Sequence record: MN871445.1
Reading direction: 5' to 3' (one strand)
Length of the DNA stretch: 64,000 nucleotides
Shown: positions 37,512 through 47,282 of the stretch, in pieces
Layout: every line of letters begins with the position of its first letter
Position numbering within the stretch: the stretch's first letter is position 1
Notes under the pieces: model-generated
Database searches by the model: none
The model's input: the letters and a program-made list of their open reading frames with translations, nothing else
Told to the model about the DNA's origin: nothing
Program-made: the position numbers and the translations under genes

Positions 37512-38110
37512 AGGGTAAGTATTACGTTATTGAAGGTTTGGATGGCACGGGGAAAAGCACCCTGATTGAGAAGCTTAAAGCGGCCCATCCTGAATGGGTT
37601 TTTGTGGCTGAACCCGGAGGGACACCGATAGGGCAAATGCTGCGCGCTTTAGTGAAGGAAGGTTTGGGTGAAGAAGTAATTACTCCCATTTCTGAACTGC
37701 TCATGTTCTCGGCCGCCAGGACACAACTGTTGTCTCAAATTATCGCACCTGCGTTAGCCGAAGGGAAAACAGTCATCAGCGACCGTAACTGGGTATCCAC
37801 ACTGATGTATCAGGGTCATGGGTTTGGTACTTCCGCGATTAATACCGTGCTGGATTTGCATAAGCTTATCTTAAAAGACCTCCCGGTACCGACCGGTTAT
37901 TTATATCTATCACTCTCTATGGAACAAAGGGCGTTGCGTTTACGTCACCGTGGAGAAGCCCCGGATCGTTTAGAATCGCGAAATAGTGATTATTATGTGC
38001 GGGTACACGCTGGATACGAAGCCTGGGCGAAAGCCAACCCCAATGTGTTTAAATTGGACGCGTCAAAATCTTCTGATGATGTATTCACATCCGCACTAAC
38101 ATTCATTTAG
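37508..38110 (+). CDS. tmk: Thymidylate kinase
   Basis: IEGLDGTGKST, EPGGTPIG, ELLMFSAAR, DRNWVSTLMYQG. Confidence 0.95.
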   Translation: MKGKYYVIEGLDGTGKSTLIEKLKAAHPEWVFVAEPGGTPIGQMLRALVKEGLGEEVITPISELLMFSAARTQLLSQIIAPALAEGKTVISDRNWVSTLMYQGHGFGTSAINTVLDLHKLILKDLPVPTGYLYLSLSMEQRALRLRHRGEAPDRLESRNSDYYVRVHAGYEAWAKANPNVFKLDASKSSDDVFTSALTFI

Positions 38111-38135
38111 AGGGCTTTGGCCCTCTTCTTTTTTT
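38109..38135 (+). terminator. Intrinsic terminator
   Basis: AGAGGGC-TTTG-GCCCTCT then T-tract; overlaps the tmk stop. Confidence 0.8.
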
Positions 38136-38155
38136 GATCATTTAAGGAATCTTCC

Positions 38156-40282
38156 ATGCACGCCAATCGCATACAAAAAGTGCTGGACCTGGTTGCTGCC
38201 GCAGAGCCCTCACTTCCAATCCCTATAGCCACTGGAAATATCAGCATATCTAATATCACCCCGGTGACTGGAAAGGATTATAATACTGATGCAACTTTCG
38301 GGGCCATCGACCAAGATACGCCAGTACAATATCGCGGTTCTACGGTATTGAATTATGGTCGAATTGATATCAGTCATTATTTTCCCAACAATGTGGTTTA
38401 TGAATCACCTAATTTGGTGACCTACGCTGATTTATTGGCCGAACTAAATGCCAAACATCAGTTAGATGTTTATGCCGATGAGATTCACGGGGCAGATACA
38501 CTCCTACCGCAAGATGGCCAAATTACCATCGCAATTAATGATGTTAACTCACCGGCGTATTGCGGAACCATCTCTCTATTGTTCAGTAAAGATACCGGGT
38601 TATTGTATCAGCGGGGGATTGAATACACGTTTATTACTCAAGCTGCGCTACCCATACTGGGGTATGTGGAGACGCAAGTTTCTGGATTACAATACTCCAT
38701 TAACGGCTCATCATGGAGTAATGAATTAACCCTCACCAAAACAGACAATGGTAGATATGCCATCCGACCAGTATCTCAGGTGGCAATTAATGCCCTGACT
38801 ACTATTCGTTTGCGTGGGGCTAATATTTATCTGCAGGATGTGGGTAATATTAACGCCATTCAAATTAAAACGTTATTGAAATATCGTAGTACTACTAATG
38901 GTCGTAATTTTTGTGCTGGTATTACCACCCTAACTTCGGTGGCCGATGATTGCTTTATTTATGCAACTGATTTGACTTCGGCCGACAATTTCTTTTATGG
39001 ATGTGTAGGTTTAACGGCGATACCTAGTAAGTTATTTGGTTACTGTGAATCTTTAACTTCGGCAAAGGGATGTTTTAGCGGTACTGGAATTACAGCCGTC
39101 CCAGCACAACCTTTCGGTGGTGCAATTAATTTAAAATATCTTGATAACGTGTATGCAAATTGCCTCTCTTTAGCCAGCGTATCTGGAGATGCTTTTTTGG
39201 GGCTCTATAACGTTCTATCCGCGTCGCGGGCATTTGCGGGATGTATTTCCCTTACTAGCATTCCAAAATCAATATTAGCGCCATTGACTGCGATTCAAGA
39301 CGTCAGTTATTTTATCGCTTCTACTGGAATTACAGTTGTAGATAAAACCTTCTTCAATCAGTCAACGACCATCCGGGATATATCGGGTATTTTTTATCGT
39401 TTGGGTTTAACTAGCCTACCGCAAACTTTATTGACTGGAATGACCGCGTTAAATCGGATGGACTATTTCTGCTATGGGTGTTCTGGGATTACTGTTATCC
39501 CCTATGCTTTTTTAGACGGACTTAATCAACTCGAATACGCTGATTATGCTTTTTCTAAAACAGGAATTATTCAGTTACCGAATAACTTCTTTACTAACTG
39601 CCGTCGTCTTTTAAGTATCGATTACTTATTCGACGGGTGTGTTTCTCTACTAAGTATTCCTACTGGATTCTTATCGCCGCTTCAGCGACTGGTTTCAGCG
39701 GTAGGCATTTGGCATAACTGCACCTCTATTACGTCTTTACCTGCAGACATCTTGACAGGCAATCCAAATTTAGTTACAATACAGTGGTTGTTCTATAATA
39801 CCAACATCACTAGTATTCCGGCAGGTTCATTGAATGGACTTACTGGAGCTAAAGATATTACTGGGTTATTTGCGGGTACTCGTATTTCTTCAGTGCCTGC
39901 GGGTCTACTAGCAACGGCAACAAACCTTCAAGTAATCGCACAGCTATTTTGGAAGTGTTCTTTATTGACTAATCTGCCGGCGACTACTTTCTCGACAAAT
40001 AGTGCGCTCACTTCGGCGTATGGTGCACTAGCTGGTTGTGGGTTACTTACTGGAGCCATTACGACTTGGTTCGGTAATAATAGTTCACTCAAACAAATTT
40101 CTGGTATGCTGCAAGGCTGCACTAGCATTACTGGAAGTTTAGGTGCTCTTCGCACGCAGTTGACCTCAGTGGATTGGCTGAACAACGATTATGTCGAAGG
40201 GGTAGTTGCACTGGATACGCAATTAACGGATTATACTTCGATAGGTATTGCCTATAAAACCGTGGTTGCTGATTTAATTTAA
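38156..40282 (+). CDS. Adaptor-domain plus BspA/TpLRR-like leucine-rich-repeat protein, probable virion adhesin
   Basis: N-terminal YRGSTVLNYGRIDI...PAYCGTI domain; about 15-16 repeats of 26-27 aa (F-x2-C/T-x2-L/I-T-x-I-P-x2-L-F). Confidence 0.8.
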   Translation: MHANRIQKVLDLVAAAEPSLPIPIATGNISISNITPVTGKDYNTDATFGAIDQDTPVQYRGSTVLNYGRIDISHYFPNNVVYESPNLVTYADLLAELNAKHQLDVYADEIHGADTLLPQDGQITIAINDVNSPAYCGTISLLFSKDTGLLYQRGIEYTFITQAALPILGYVETQVSGLQYSINGSSWSNELTLTKTDNGRYAIRPVSQVAINALTTIRLRGANIYLQDVGNINAIQIKTLLKYRSTTNGRNFCAGITTLTSVADDCFIYATDLTSADNFFYGCVGLTAIPSKLFGYCESLTSAKGCFSGTGITAVPAQPFGGAINLKYLDNVYANCLSLASVSGDAFLGLYNVLSASRAFAGCISLTSIPKSILAPLTAIQDVSYFIASTGITVVDKTFFNQSTTIRDISGIFYRLGLTSLPQTLLTGMTALNRMDYFCYGCSGITVIPYAFLDGLNQLEYADYAFSKTGIIQLPNNFFTNCRRLLSIDYLFDGCVSLLSIPTGFLSPLQRLVSAVGIWHNCTSITSLPADILTGNPNLVTIQWLFYNTNITSIPAGSLNGLTGAKDITGLFAGTRISSVPAGLLATATNLQVIAQLFWKCSLLTNLPATTFSTNSALTSAYGALAGCGLLTGAITTWFGNNSSLKQISGMLQGCTSITGSLGALRTQLTSVDWLNNDYVEGVVALDTQLTDYTSIGIAYKTVVADLI

Positions 40283-40296
40283 TATCGGAGGTCCAC

Positions 40297-40746
40297 GTGG
40301 CAGTAACAACTATACTAACAAAACAAACCGCAACGTTAATTTATGATTTAATTAACGAAGCCAATGAAATCAATATTAACGCAACCATTCTTTCGCTCAG
40401 TGCGCCTACTGCGCTGAGTGGGGATGCTACAGGTAAAAATACTTCAGTTGTTGGGACTCCCTTACCTGGCTCTGGTTATAAGAACACCGTGAGGTTGACT
40501 TATGACCGATTAGACATGACGGTATTATTAGAAAAATTAGTTAAGCAGGTAGTTGTACCTAACCTCACTCAAACCACGGATGTGTTGAGTGCATTTAACG
40601 AAAAATATGGGTTTCTCTTGGCGGCCAGTGATGTGGTTAACCAATCAATTACCCCCACTGGCGGAACACAATCCATTACCGTAACAATGGCAGATTCATG
40701 TCCTGCATTTATTGGCGCCTTTGAACTCACTGTTTCTCCTTCTTAA
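40297..40746 (+). CDS. Virion/tail-associated protein, adaptor domain only
   Basis: GYKNTVRLTYDRLDM...YGFLL...PAFIGAF; GTG after GGAGG. Confidence 0.65.
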   Translation: MAVTTILTKQTATLIYDLINEANEININATILSLSAPTALSGDATGKNTSVVGTPLPGSGYKNTVRLTYDRLDMTVLLEKLVKQVVVPNLTQTTDVLSAFNEKYGFLLAASDVVNQSITPTGGTQSITVTMADSCPAFIGAFELTVSPS

Positions 40747-40758
40747 CCGAGGTGTGGT

Positions 40759-41370
40759 ATGATTACGGTAGATATTCTTAAATTGATTGGTGCAGCGCAA
40801 GTAGCTGTAGCCCATCCGCAAGGAAGCTTATTTGTTGAAACATTTAACGGCATTACGGGAACCACGACATTGGCAGCAACCGTATCGGGTACGGAAGCTC
40901 TTGCAGCATTCGAAAAATTGGATGTAACAAATCAGGTTAAAGTCAATGCTATTTTTGACCAGTATCGCAAAGTAATAACAGGTTGTGGTGCAACTACGGT
41001 ATTTGCTAATGGCGTACATCGTCAACGTAACTACCGTAGTTTCATGGCACTGATGATGGCGGTTGCTTTAACGATCATGGCGGTCACTATCGTCGCCATT
41101 GAATGTTATATCGGCATCATGACTAAGACTCAATTGGAAAGCGGTCAGTTTACGGTTCCGTTGATGTGCCTTGCATTGGTGGTGTGGAGTTATAATGGAC
41201 TGCTGACAAAAGAAAACCGGGAAGCCATCGCTGCTGGGTTGGCTCGAGCACCCAGTGGTTTTGTTAACAGTTTTCTGGATTCTATCCGCGGACGTAATCA
41301 GTACCAGACCACGATGCAACAACAACCCGCGCCTCAGCCGGACGACCCACAAAATCAAAGACCACAATAA
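40759..41370 (+). CDS. Two-transmembrane-helix membrane protein
   Basis: Two hydrophobic segments and a Q/P-rich C-terminal tail. Confidence 0.7.
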   Translation: MITVDILKLIGAAQVAVAHPQGSLFVETFNGITGTTTLAATVSGTEALAAFEKLDVTNQVKVNAIFDQYRKVITGCGATTVFANGVHRQRNYRSFMALMMAVALTIMAVTIVAIECYIGIMTKTQLESGQFTVPLMCLALVVWSYNGLLTKENREAIAAGLARAPSGFVNSFLDSIRGRNQYQTTMQQQPAPQPDDPQNQRPQ

Positions 41371-41372
41371 CG

Positions 41373-41407
41373 GCATAGGAGGAGGCTTTCGCCTCCTCCT
41401 TTTATGC
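41373..41407. terminator. Bidirectional terminator, two-tier hairpin
   Basis: GCATA-GGAGGAGGC-TTTC-GCCTCCTCC-TTT-TATGC. Confidence 0.9.
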
Positions 41408-42652
41408 GGTCACTAATTCAATTCTTTTAATATCCATTCTTCTTACTTCGGCATAGGTTCTTGGTTGCGGACCAACTAAACTGTTGTTGACAATCCCAGA
41501 ACTGCTAGCAGATACGGTATGTCGGGTCGATTGGTCAACAAGATAACCATCAATAACGACGACATAATCATCGATTTCTTTTTCTACTACGTATTCAGCT
41601 AATCTACCCATATTAACGCGCATGGGTTCGGTGGGGGCCGTATCAGACTGAATATAAACCCCAGGTAACCCAGTGGGTTGCATCGCGGCATATTCCACAA
41701 CAACGTTTGTTGCGTCCACTACGATTAAAAAAGTTTGGGGTGAATTCAACATTTTTGTAATAGTGTCGTCAGATAAGAAAATATCGAGGTTGACGCGATC
41801 TGGGTTATGGTCTGATTCGTAAGGCACATAAACATCGGACCAGTCGATATAGTTTCTAGAATCGAAATAGCGTGAAACCAAATCCATATTTCGGGTATTG
41901 ATTTTCAACATTCGATTACCGACAACATCATAATTGTTATCCAGGGCAAACAAATATCCCATCCAGGATAACAACACAGTTTTTCCGAATAAATCAACGT
42001 TTGTTTTGACGTACACTGATTCATAACTCGGTACGTCTGGCTCGGGGTCAACCACCATGTCTGAGGTGATGTCCACTTGGGTAATTGAACCGATACCCGA
42101 AAAATCAAGAAAACCCACTAATGGCTTATTTGCTTTACGTGCTGAAATGACGCCATCAAGGACATAGACACCATCTGAGGTGCTGGATATCCGATGACAA
42201 AACCCATTGACGGTCGCAATACAATTTTGCTCTACATTGCTGTAATTTACTCCGGCCTTAGATAAAAGAATATCTACCTGTTGGTCGTAATCTAAAACGG
42301 CATCTGGGGATTTGGTGTGGTCACTTGGTTTTGATTTGAATCCCCAGTAAAATGCATCTACGTGGCGGACGGTCGTAGTGCCCTCAACCAGAACACTATA
42401 GGTTACTGGAAGTGACGTATTGCCGATTTGACCTAGCCACGTAACAAAAGTAATTGTCAATACTCTGAGGTAATCTGGCAAATCATCGAAGTCAACCGTA
42501 GCCGCGGAACTGTACGCCGGATTCGTAACGGTCGCTTTTATCTCCGAGTAAGTATTGTACACTTGATACAGGGGAATGGTGGATAAATCGATGGACTTCC
42601 ATTCGACACCACCCCCCTTGACACGGGCGATAGCGCTAACGTATGTATACAT
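41402..42652 (-). CDS. Probable virion structural protein
   Basis: 416 aa, beta-rich, CIATVNGFCHR and YLFALD motifs; divergent from the tail fibres. Confidence 0.6.
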   Translation of the reverse strand: MYTYVSAIARVKGGGVEWKSIDLSTIPLYQVYNTYSEIKATVTNPAYSSAATVDFDDLPDYLRVLTITFVTWLGQIGNTSLPVTYSVLVEGTTTVRHVDAFYWGFKSKPSDHTKSPDAVLDYDQQVDILLSKAGVNYSNVEQNCIATVNGFCHRISSTSDGVYVLDGVISARKANKPLVGFLDFSGIGSITQVDITSDMVVDPEPDVPSYESVYVKTNVDLFGKTVLLSWMGYLFALDNNYDVVGNRMLKINTRNMDLVSRYFDSRNYIDWSDVYVPYESDHNPDRVNLDIFLSDDTITKMLNSPQTFLIVVDATNVVVEYAAMQPTGLPGVYIQSDTAPTEPMRVNMGRLAEYVVEKEIDDYVVVIDGYLVDQSTRHTVSASSSGIVNNSLVGPQPRTYAEVRRMDIKRIELVTA

Positions 42653-42679
42653 GGGGTTCTTCCTGTATTTTATTTAAAA

Positions 42680-42688
42680 ATAGTATGC
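42680..42688 (+). promoter_or_regulatory. Late promoter candidate ATAGTATGC
   Basis: Third copy of the 9-mer, upstream of the tail-fibre/lysis operon. Confidence 0.6.
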
Positions 42689-42735
42689 ATGCCACCCTTT
42701 CATTGGGGGGGTAACTCCAACGAGGATTAGCAAAT

Positions 42736-44160
42736 ATGGCAACGACCTATGCTTACCCCTACAACCCAAATGCAAATTTATCCGCTGCATTTATCACCGG
42801 GGAAACGCACACAATTACGACGGACCCATCCAGAACTTATAACTGGTTTGTTCCGTTTGCAGCCCCTTTTTTCTCAAAGGGTTTGGTATTAACACACGTT
42901 ACTTCGGGACGGGTTCTCACCCCTGGAGTGGATTTTAATTTTGGTTTGGAATATCATATTTTCAATAGTACTGTTGCTTTTTATCCAGTCTACGGCGCTA
43001 TTGTTATTATGGACAGTACTTTGATCGGTACCTTTTCCATCAGCTATTATACCCTGGGTGACCGGTACGCAATCAACGAAGCCAAAGCGCTGGCTTTGGT
43101 TGCTAATACCGCGATTGACCCAAGACAAACGTATTGGGAATCCGTTACTGATATCCCTTCTCAGTTTCCGGTATCAGACCATCAGCATGATGTATCTGAT
43201 TTAACTGGCATGGCTGACGTGGTTGCCTCGATTAACGCACTGACCGCATCACTGACCAATGAAGGCGGTAAATGGTGGCAGGCACTGAATGAGCACCTGA
43301 CCGACTATAATGACCCTCACCATGTGTTGGACATGATTCCTAGTGGCGGAACATCGATTGCTAAGGCAACACAGCAGCAGGCCGAGCAGGGCACCGATAA
43401 CACCGCCTATGCTACATCTTTGCGCGTAGCGCAATATGCTGCCGCAAATATCTTCCCTACTTTGAATAATCACATCAACGCCACGGGTAACGTCCACGAC
43501 CTTACGGCCGCGGATCTTAATCTTGGTAATGTTCCAAATTATGCAGCGGCCACCCAAAACGATGTGGACAACAACGTTACTCCGGGTAGCTTAATTACCA
43601 CGGTAAGTATTGTCCAGTACATCGTAAATAATGCTCTTCAGAATGCATCTTTGGACCAATATCAAACCAGTACCGATGTTACAAACGCTATTCAGTCGGC
43701 AATGGGTTCAATTTCTAATTATCCAATCGCTACTGATGAATTAGCCACATTAGGTCAAGATGCTGCTACTCTGATGACACCACGCGCAACCACACTGACC
43801 ATTGATGGTTATCAGATGAATACTACTCTCGGTGTGTGCGTGTTAGCTACCGAAGTTACGGCCTATCTGGCGCAAGGTAGTATTACCGATACCTGTTTGG
43901 ATATGGTTAACAGCGTGGTGTATACCTATAACACCAATACCTCGGCATGGGAGCTGAATAGCGGGGTTCTTCCAACCACTTATCTGAATAATGGAAGAAC
44001 TTATTATAATCGGGTTTCCGGAAAAGGCTTTTTGTACCGTAATAACGCGCTGGTTAACGTTACTGGAAATGCGATTAATAATGTTACGGTATCAACCAGC
44101 GCACCGCCAGTTTCCACCACGGGATATGCCGATGGGTATGTTTGGTACCAAGTGGTATAA
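42736..44160 (+). CDS. Tail fibre protein 1 (phiKZ gp145/146-like)
   Basis: YPYNPNANLSAAFITGETH, FAAPFF, FPVSDHQHD, H-x6-PH fibre motifs. Confidence 0.75.
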   Translation: MATTYAYPYNPNANLSAAFITGETHTITTDPSRTYNWFVPFAAPFFSKGLVLTHVTSGRVLTPGVDFNFGLEYHIFNSTVAFYPVYGAIVIMDSTLIGTFSISYYTLGDRYAINEAKALALVANTAIDPRQTYWESVTDIPSQFPVSDHQHDVSDLTGMADVVASINALTASLTNEGGKWWQALNEHLTDYNDPHHVLDMIPSGGTSIAKATQQQAEQGTDNTAYATSLRVAQYAAANIFPTLNNHINATGNVHDLTAADLNLGNVPNYAAATQNDVDNNVTPGSLITTVSIVQYIVNNALQNASLDQYQTSTDVTNAIQSAMGSISNYPIATDELATLGQDAATLMTPRATTLTIDGYQMNTTLGVCVLATEVTAYLAQGSITDTCLDMVNSVVYTYNTNTSAWELNSGVLPTTYLNNGRTYYNRVSGKGFLYRNNALVNVTGNAINNVTVSTSAPPVSTTGYADGYVWYQVV

Positions 44161-44173
44161 TTGAGGAAGAATC

Positions 44174-45595
44174 ATGTCAACGATTACCTGGACGTACCCT
44201 GAAGACTTAACGGGGGAGGCTTCCTCTAATTTAGTCTCCAATGAAGTACATACGGTTCCATATGAGAACACGTACGCCTTTGTAATGAACTACGGCCCCT
44301 TCTATGGGGATTCCGTGGTGATCACCAAATCTTCTGATGGAAGCATATTGACAAAAGGCATTGACTATAAGTGTCTTTACCTGTACCCTGAGGCCGTAGC
44401 TAAATCAGGTATGCCAGTATATTCTGTTATCCAGATTCTGGATAGAACCATTGCAGAAGACCTGAACGTAACCTATCAAGTTGTCGGTGGTATCTTTTCA
44501 TCCTACGCGTATGCCCTGGATGAAATTATTGCATTGCTGCAAATCGATAACCGCAGCATTTCTTGGGAAAATATCCTCAATAAGCCTACTACATTTCCGC
44601 CGGCCCCGCATATCCACGATGCCAGCGACCTGTATGGGCTGCAATCACTAAATGATGCCATCAATGATCTGAAGCAGGCTATTCTTTATGGTGATGTGGC
44701 GAGCCACGACCAGATTTATGACCGCATTGCCACGGTTAAAACTCAGGTCACCACCGGATATACTGATGCGGATACCGCGCTGCAAACGCAAATCACTCAG
44801 AATACAACCGATATTGCGACCTTAAATACCAATTTATCCGCGCAATTGACGGCCTTGTCACAAACGCTGACATCACATACGACGAATCAGAATAACCCAC
44901 ACAACACTACATATGTTCAAGTAGGAGCCCCATCGATTACTTGGACCATTAACGGGGTAACGTTTAACCAGAGCATCACTTTAACGCCGGCCAATATCGG
45001 GGCGTTGTCTACTTCTACGGGCGGTACGGTCGCTGGTGCGACAACATTTAACGCCGCGCTGACTGTTGCTGGTCAGGGTAGCTGGTTGACTAAAACGGGG
45101 GTATACCAGCCTTCCGGCACCTCTGATTATAAGGTCGATGGGATTCGATTCCAAGCCAACAGTAACCAGTATACTGACATATTCTGGTACAATACTACTG
45201 GCGGTCCACACACCGCATTTTACGTCAAAGATGGGTCTACTGTCTCTATCTTTAGAATGTGGGCGACCGGCGGGATGACCATCCCCGGGAACCTGGGTGT
45301 TGGCTCTGCAATTTATCAAACTGATGGTAACCTCACGGGTACTGCTTGGGGTGGCTTCTTATCGGATTATTTGAATAACCGATTTAACACCGTTTCCAAT
45401 ACCTCTGCTAGCACTTATGTCAGAGGTATTCGGTTTGGTGCCCAGCAATCATTCCATAAACGTGACGGTACGGAATATGTAGCTGGCGGAGTAATGACGG
45501 CATGGGCTGACTTCGGTAACTCGGATTATTGGGTATACTTACGTCCGCTACAATACAACATCAACGGCAACTGGACTACTGCGCCGTACACTTAA
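44174..45595 (+). CDS. Tail fibre protein 2 with enterobacterial-phage-type tip
   Basis: YPEDLTGEASSN, YGPFY, FPPAPHIHD, NNPHNTT; C-terminal IYQTDGN...LRPLQYNINGNWTT. Confidence 0.85.
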   Translation: MSTITWTYPEDLTGEASSNLVSNEVHTVPYENTYAFVMNYGPFYGDSVVITKSSDGSILTKGIDYKCLYLYPEAVAKSGMPVYSVIQILDRTIAEDLNVTYQVVGGIFSSYAYALDEIIALLQIDNRSISWENILNKPTTFPPAPHIHDASDLYGLQSLNDAINDLKQAILYGDVASHDQIYDRIATVKTQVTTGYTDADTALQTQITQNTTDIATLNTNLSAQLTALSQTLTSHTTNQNNPHNTTYVQVGAPSITWTINGVTFNQSITLTPANIGALSTSTGGTVAGATTFNAALTVAGQGSWLTKTGVYQPSGTSDYKVDGIRFQANSNQYTDIFWYNTTGGPHTAFYVKDGSTVSIFRMWATGGMTIPGNLGVGSAIYQTDGNLTGTAWGGFLSDYLNNRFNTVSNTSASTYVRGIRFGAQQSFHKRDGTEYVAGGVMTAWADFGNSDYWVYLRPLQYNINGNWTTAPYT

Positions 45596-45612
45596 TCAAG
45601 CCAGGTATTCCC

Positions 45613-46143
45613 ATGATTAAACTCAAAAACCTATCCATCAAACATCACGCCATAATCAATTTGGGTACTGACATAAAAAAGGTGCCTATATACCAGGATG
45701 ATTTAGGTCGACTGGTTACCGATATGTTTAAGCGCATGTCTCCCATTACGCTTAAACTACTGGTGGTGGATGATGGTTTTATCCGGGGGTGGGACCAGGA
45801 TGTCACCATGTTAACCTTATATGAAAAATGCAGTATCATTGAGGTTGACCCGAAAACACTACCCCCTGGATTTTTTAATGAGTCTAATCGCCCGTATTGG
45901 ATGTGGACTGAGGAACAGGGCGTTAGTCGACGCCCATTAACCCCCGAAGAACTGATTTACAACAATACCGCCGAAAGGGATAAACGATTAACTGCTGCCC
46001 TGACTCGATATCAAACGCTACAAATAGTATCAGGTGTTAGGGCATTGTCTCAAAGTGAGAGGCAAGACCTGGATGATGTCAAACATAAAGTCGTTGTTTT
46101 AAACGATCTTGATTTGACAAAAGAAATCACCGATTGGCCTTAG
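45613..46143 (+). CDS. Tail fibre assembly chaperone (Tfa-like)
   Basis: Follows the fibre; DGFIRGWDQDVTML and terminal LNDLDLTKEITDWP typical of Tfa family. Confidence 0.75.
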   Translation: MIKLKNLSIKHHAIINLGTDIKKVPIYQDDLGRLVTDMFKRMSPITLKLLVVDDGFIRGWDQDVTMLTLYEKCSIIEVDPKTLPPGFFNESNRPYWMWTEEQGVSRRPLTPEELIYNNTAERDKRLTAALTRYQTLQIVSGVRALSQSERQDLDDVKHKVVVLNDLDLTKEITDWP

Positions 46144-46151
46144 GAGGTATC

Positions 46152-46790
46152 ATGGCACTCGATTTAACCAAACTCACCACCGCGAGTTTTACCCAACAGT
46201 TTATTATCACCAATCGGGTAAATGTGGAAGCGGGGTATACCAACAACCCGGATGATTTGGGTGGTGAGACTAACCATGGCATTACAAAGGCGACCTCCCT
46301 GGAATGGAAATCTCTGTGGGCGAAATACAATTGGAATGGCGATATGAAAACCATGCCGTATGCGTTAGCTTACGACATTTACGTTCAAGGTTGGTGGAAT
46401 AAAATGCTGCTTGACCAGGTGAGTGCGGTACACCCGGTATTAGCTGACCGTCTGTTTGATTGGGGGATTAACTCCGGTCGTCAAAAAGGCGTGCTTGCTC
46501 TGCAACGCATTTTGAATGTCTGCAATCGCAACGGTAAGGATTATGCAGACATCACAACGGATGGGGCTATGGGGTCCGGTACCATGACTGCTTTAAAAGC
46601 ATTTATGGGTGTGCGCGGAAAACCAGGTCTGCGATATCTTATCACCACACATAGCGGCATGCAGAATTCCTATTACGTGGACATCTCTGAACAACGCGCC
46701 GCGAATGAAACGTTCACCAATGGTTGGTTGAGCCGCGGATATTTTAACGACTCAATGTATGCTGCATTGATTATGAACGGTACGCTCTAA
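46152..46790 (+). CDS. Endolysin, glycoside hydrolase family 108 with C-terminal PG-binding domain
   Basis: EAGYTNNPDDLGGETNHGIT, LFDWGINSG, LQRILN, NETFTNGWLSR; AGGAGG SD before ATG 46152. Confidence 0.93.
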   Translation: MALDLTKLTTASFTQQFIITNRVNVEAGYTNNPDDLGGETNHGITKATSLEWKSLWAKYNWNGDMKTMPYALAYDIYVQGWWNKMLLDQVSAVHPVLADRLFDWGINSGRQKGVLALQRILNVCNRNGKDYADITTDGAMGSGTMTALKAFMGVRGKPGLRYLITTHSGMQNSYYVDISEQRAANETFTNGWLSRGYFNDSMYAALIMNGTL

Positions 46791-46804
46791 AAAATAACAG
46801 GGAT

Positions 46805-46854
46805 ATAGTTGGTGATTGGAGGGGTTATCCTTCGGTCACCAACTATGTTTTATG
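46805..46854 (+). terminator. Long hairpin between endolysin and spanins
   Basis: ATAGTTGGTGATTGGAGG-GGTTAT-CCTTCGGTCACCAACTAT (18 bp with G-U pairs), then GTTTTATG. Confidence 0.55.
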
Positions 46855-46871
46855 TCGCCTTAGGAGGCGCT

Positions 46872-47282
46872 ATGTCCGTTATAGAGTCAACACTCAACAC
46901 TTATGGGGTTTGGATTAAAGGGATTTTGTGGGTTGCCAGTATTGCTCTGGCGGGTTGGCTTGGCCATCACATGACAGCACTCAGTTATGAGTTGGACCAA
47001 ACCAAATCTCAACTATCTACCGTATCTAATAATTATACCGAATATCAGCAGTTGGTAAAAGAACGTGATGACCTTAAAGATAAGTACATCAACGCCAAAG
47101 CTGATTTAGACAAACTACAGCAGGATAAACAAAATGACCTTACTAATAAAACTCAGCAGCTTCTTGATACTTTGCGCAGCCCTAACAGCGTGTACGCCAA
47201 AGCAGATTGTGGAGAAGCCGGTAGTTATCCAACAGTCTTTGGAACCAGTTTCGGCACAACTGATGCAGCCCCATCCAAATAA
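46872..47282 (+). CDS. Rz: Inner-membrane spanin (i-spanin)
   Basis: AGGAGG SD; N-terminal TMD then coiled coil and one C-terminal Cys. Confidence 0.8.
   Translation: MSVIESTLNTYGVWIKGILWVASIALAGWLGHHMTALSYELDQTKSQLSTVSNNYTEYQQLVKERDDLKDKYINAKADLDKLQQDKQNDLTNKTQQLLDTLRSPNSVYAKADCGEAGSYPTVFGTSFGTTDAAPSK

Noticed and set aside
38156-45595. Diversity-generating retroelement or invertase switching of LRR/fibre genes
   Set aside because: No reverse transcriptase, template/variable repeat pair or invertase in the window.
45529-46871. ORF-track upstream starts at 45529, 46134 and 46809
   Set aside because: They overlap the previous gene or a hairpin; the downstream ATGs at 46152 and 46872 have AGGAGG SDs and 45613 follows the fibre stop directly.
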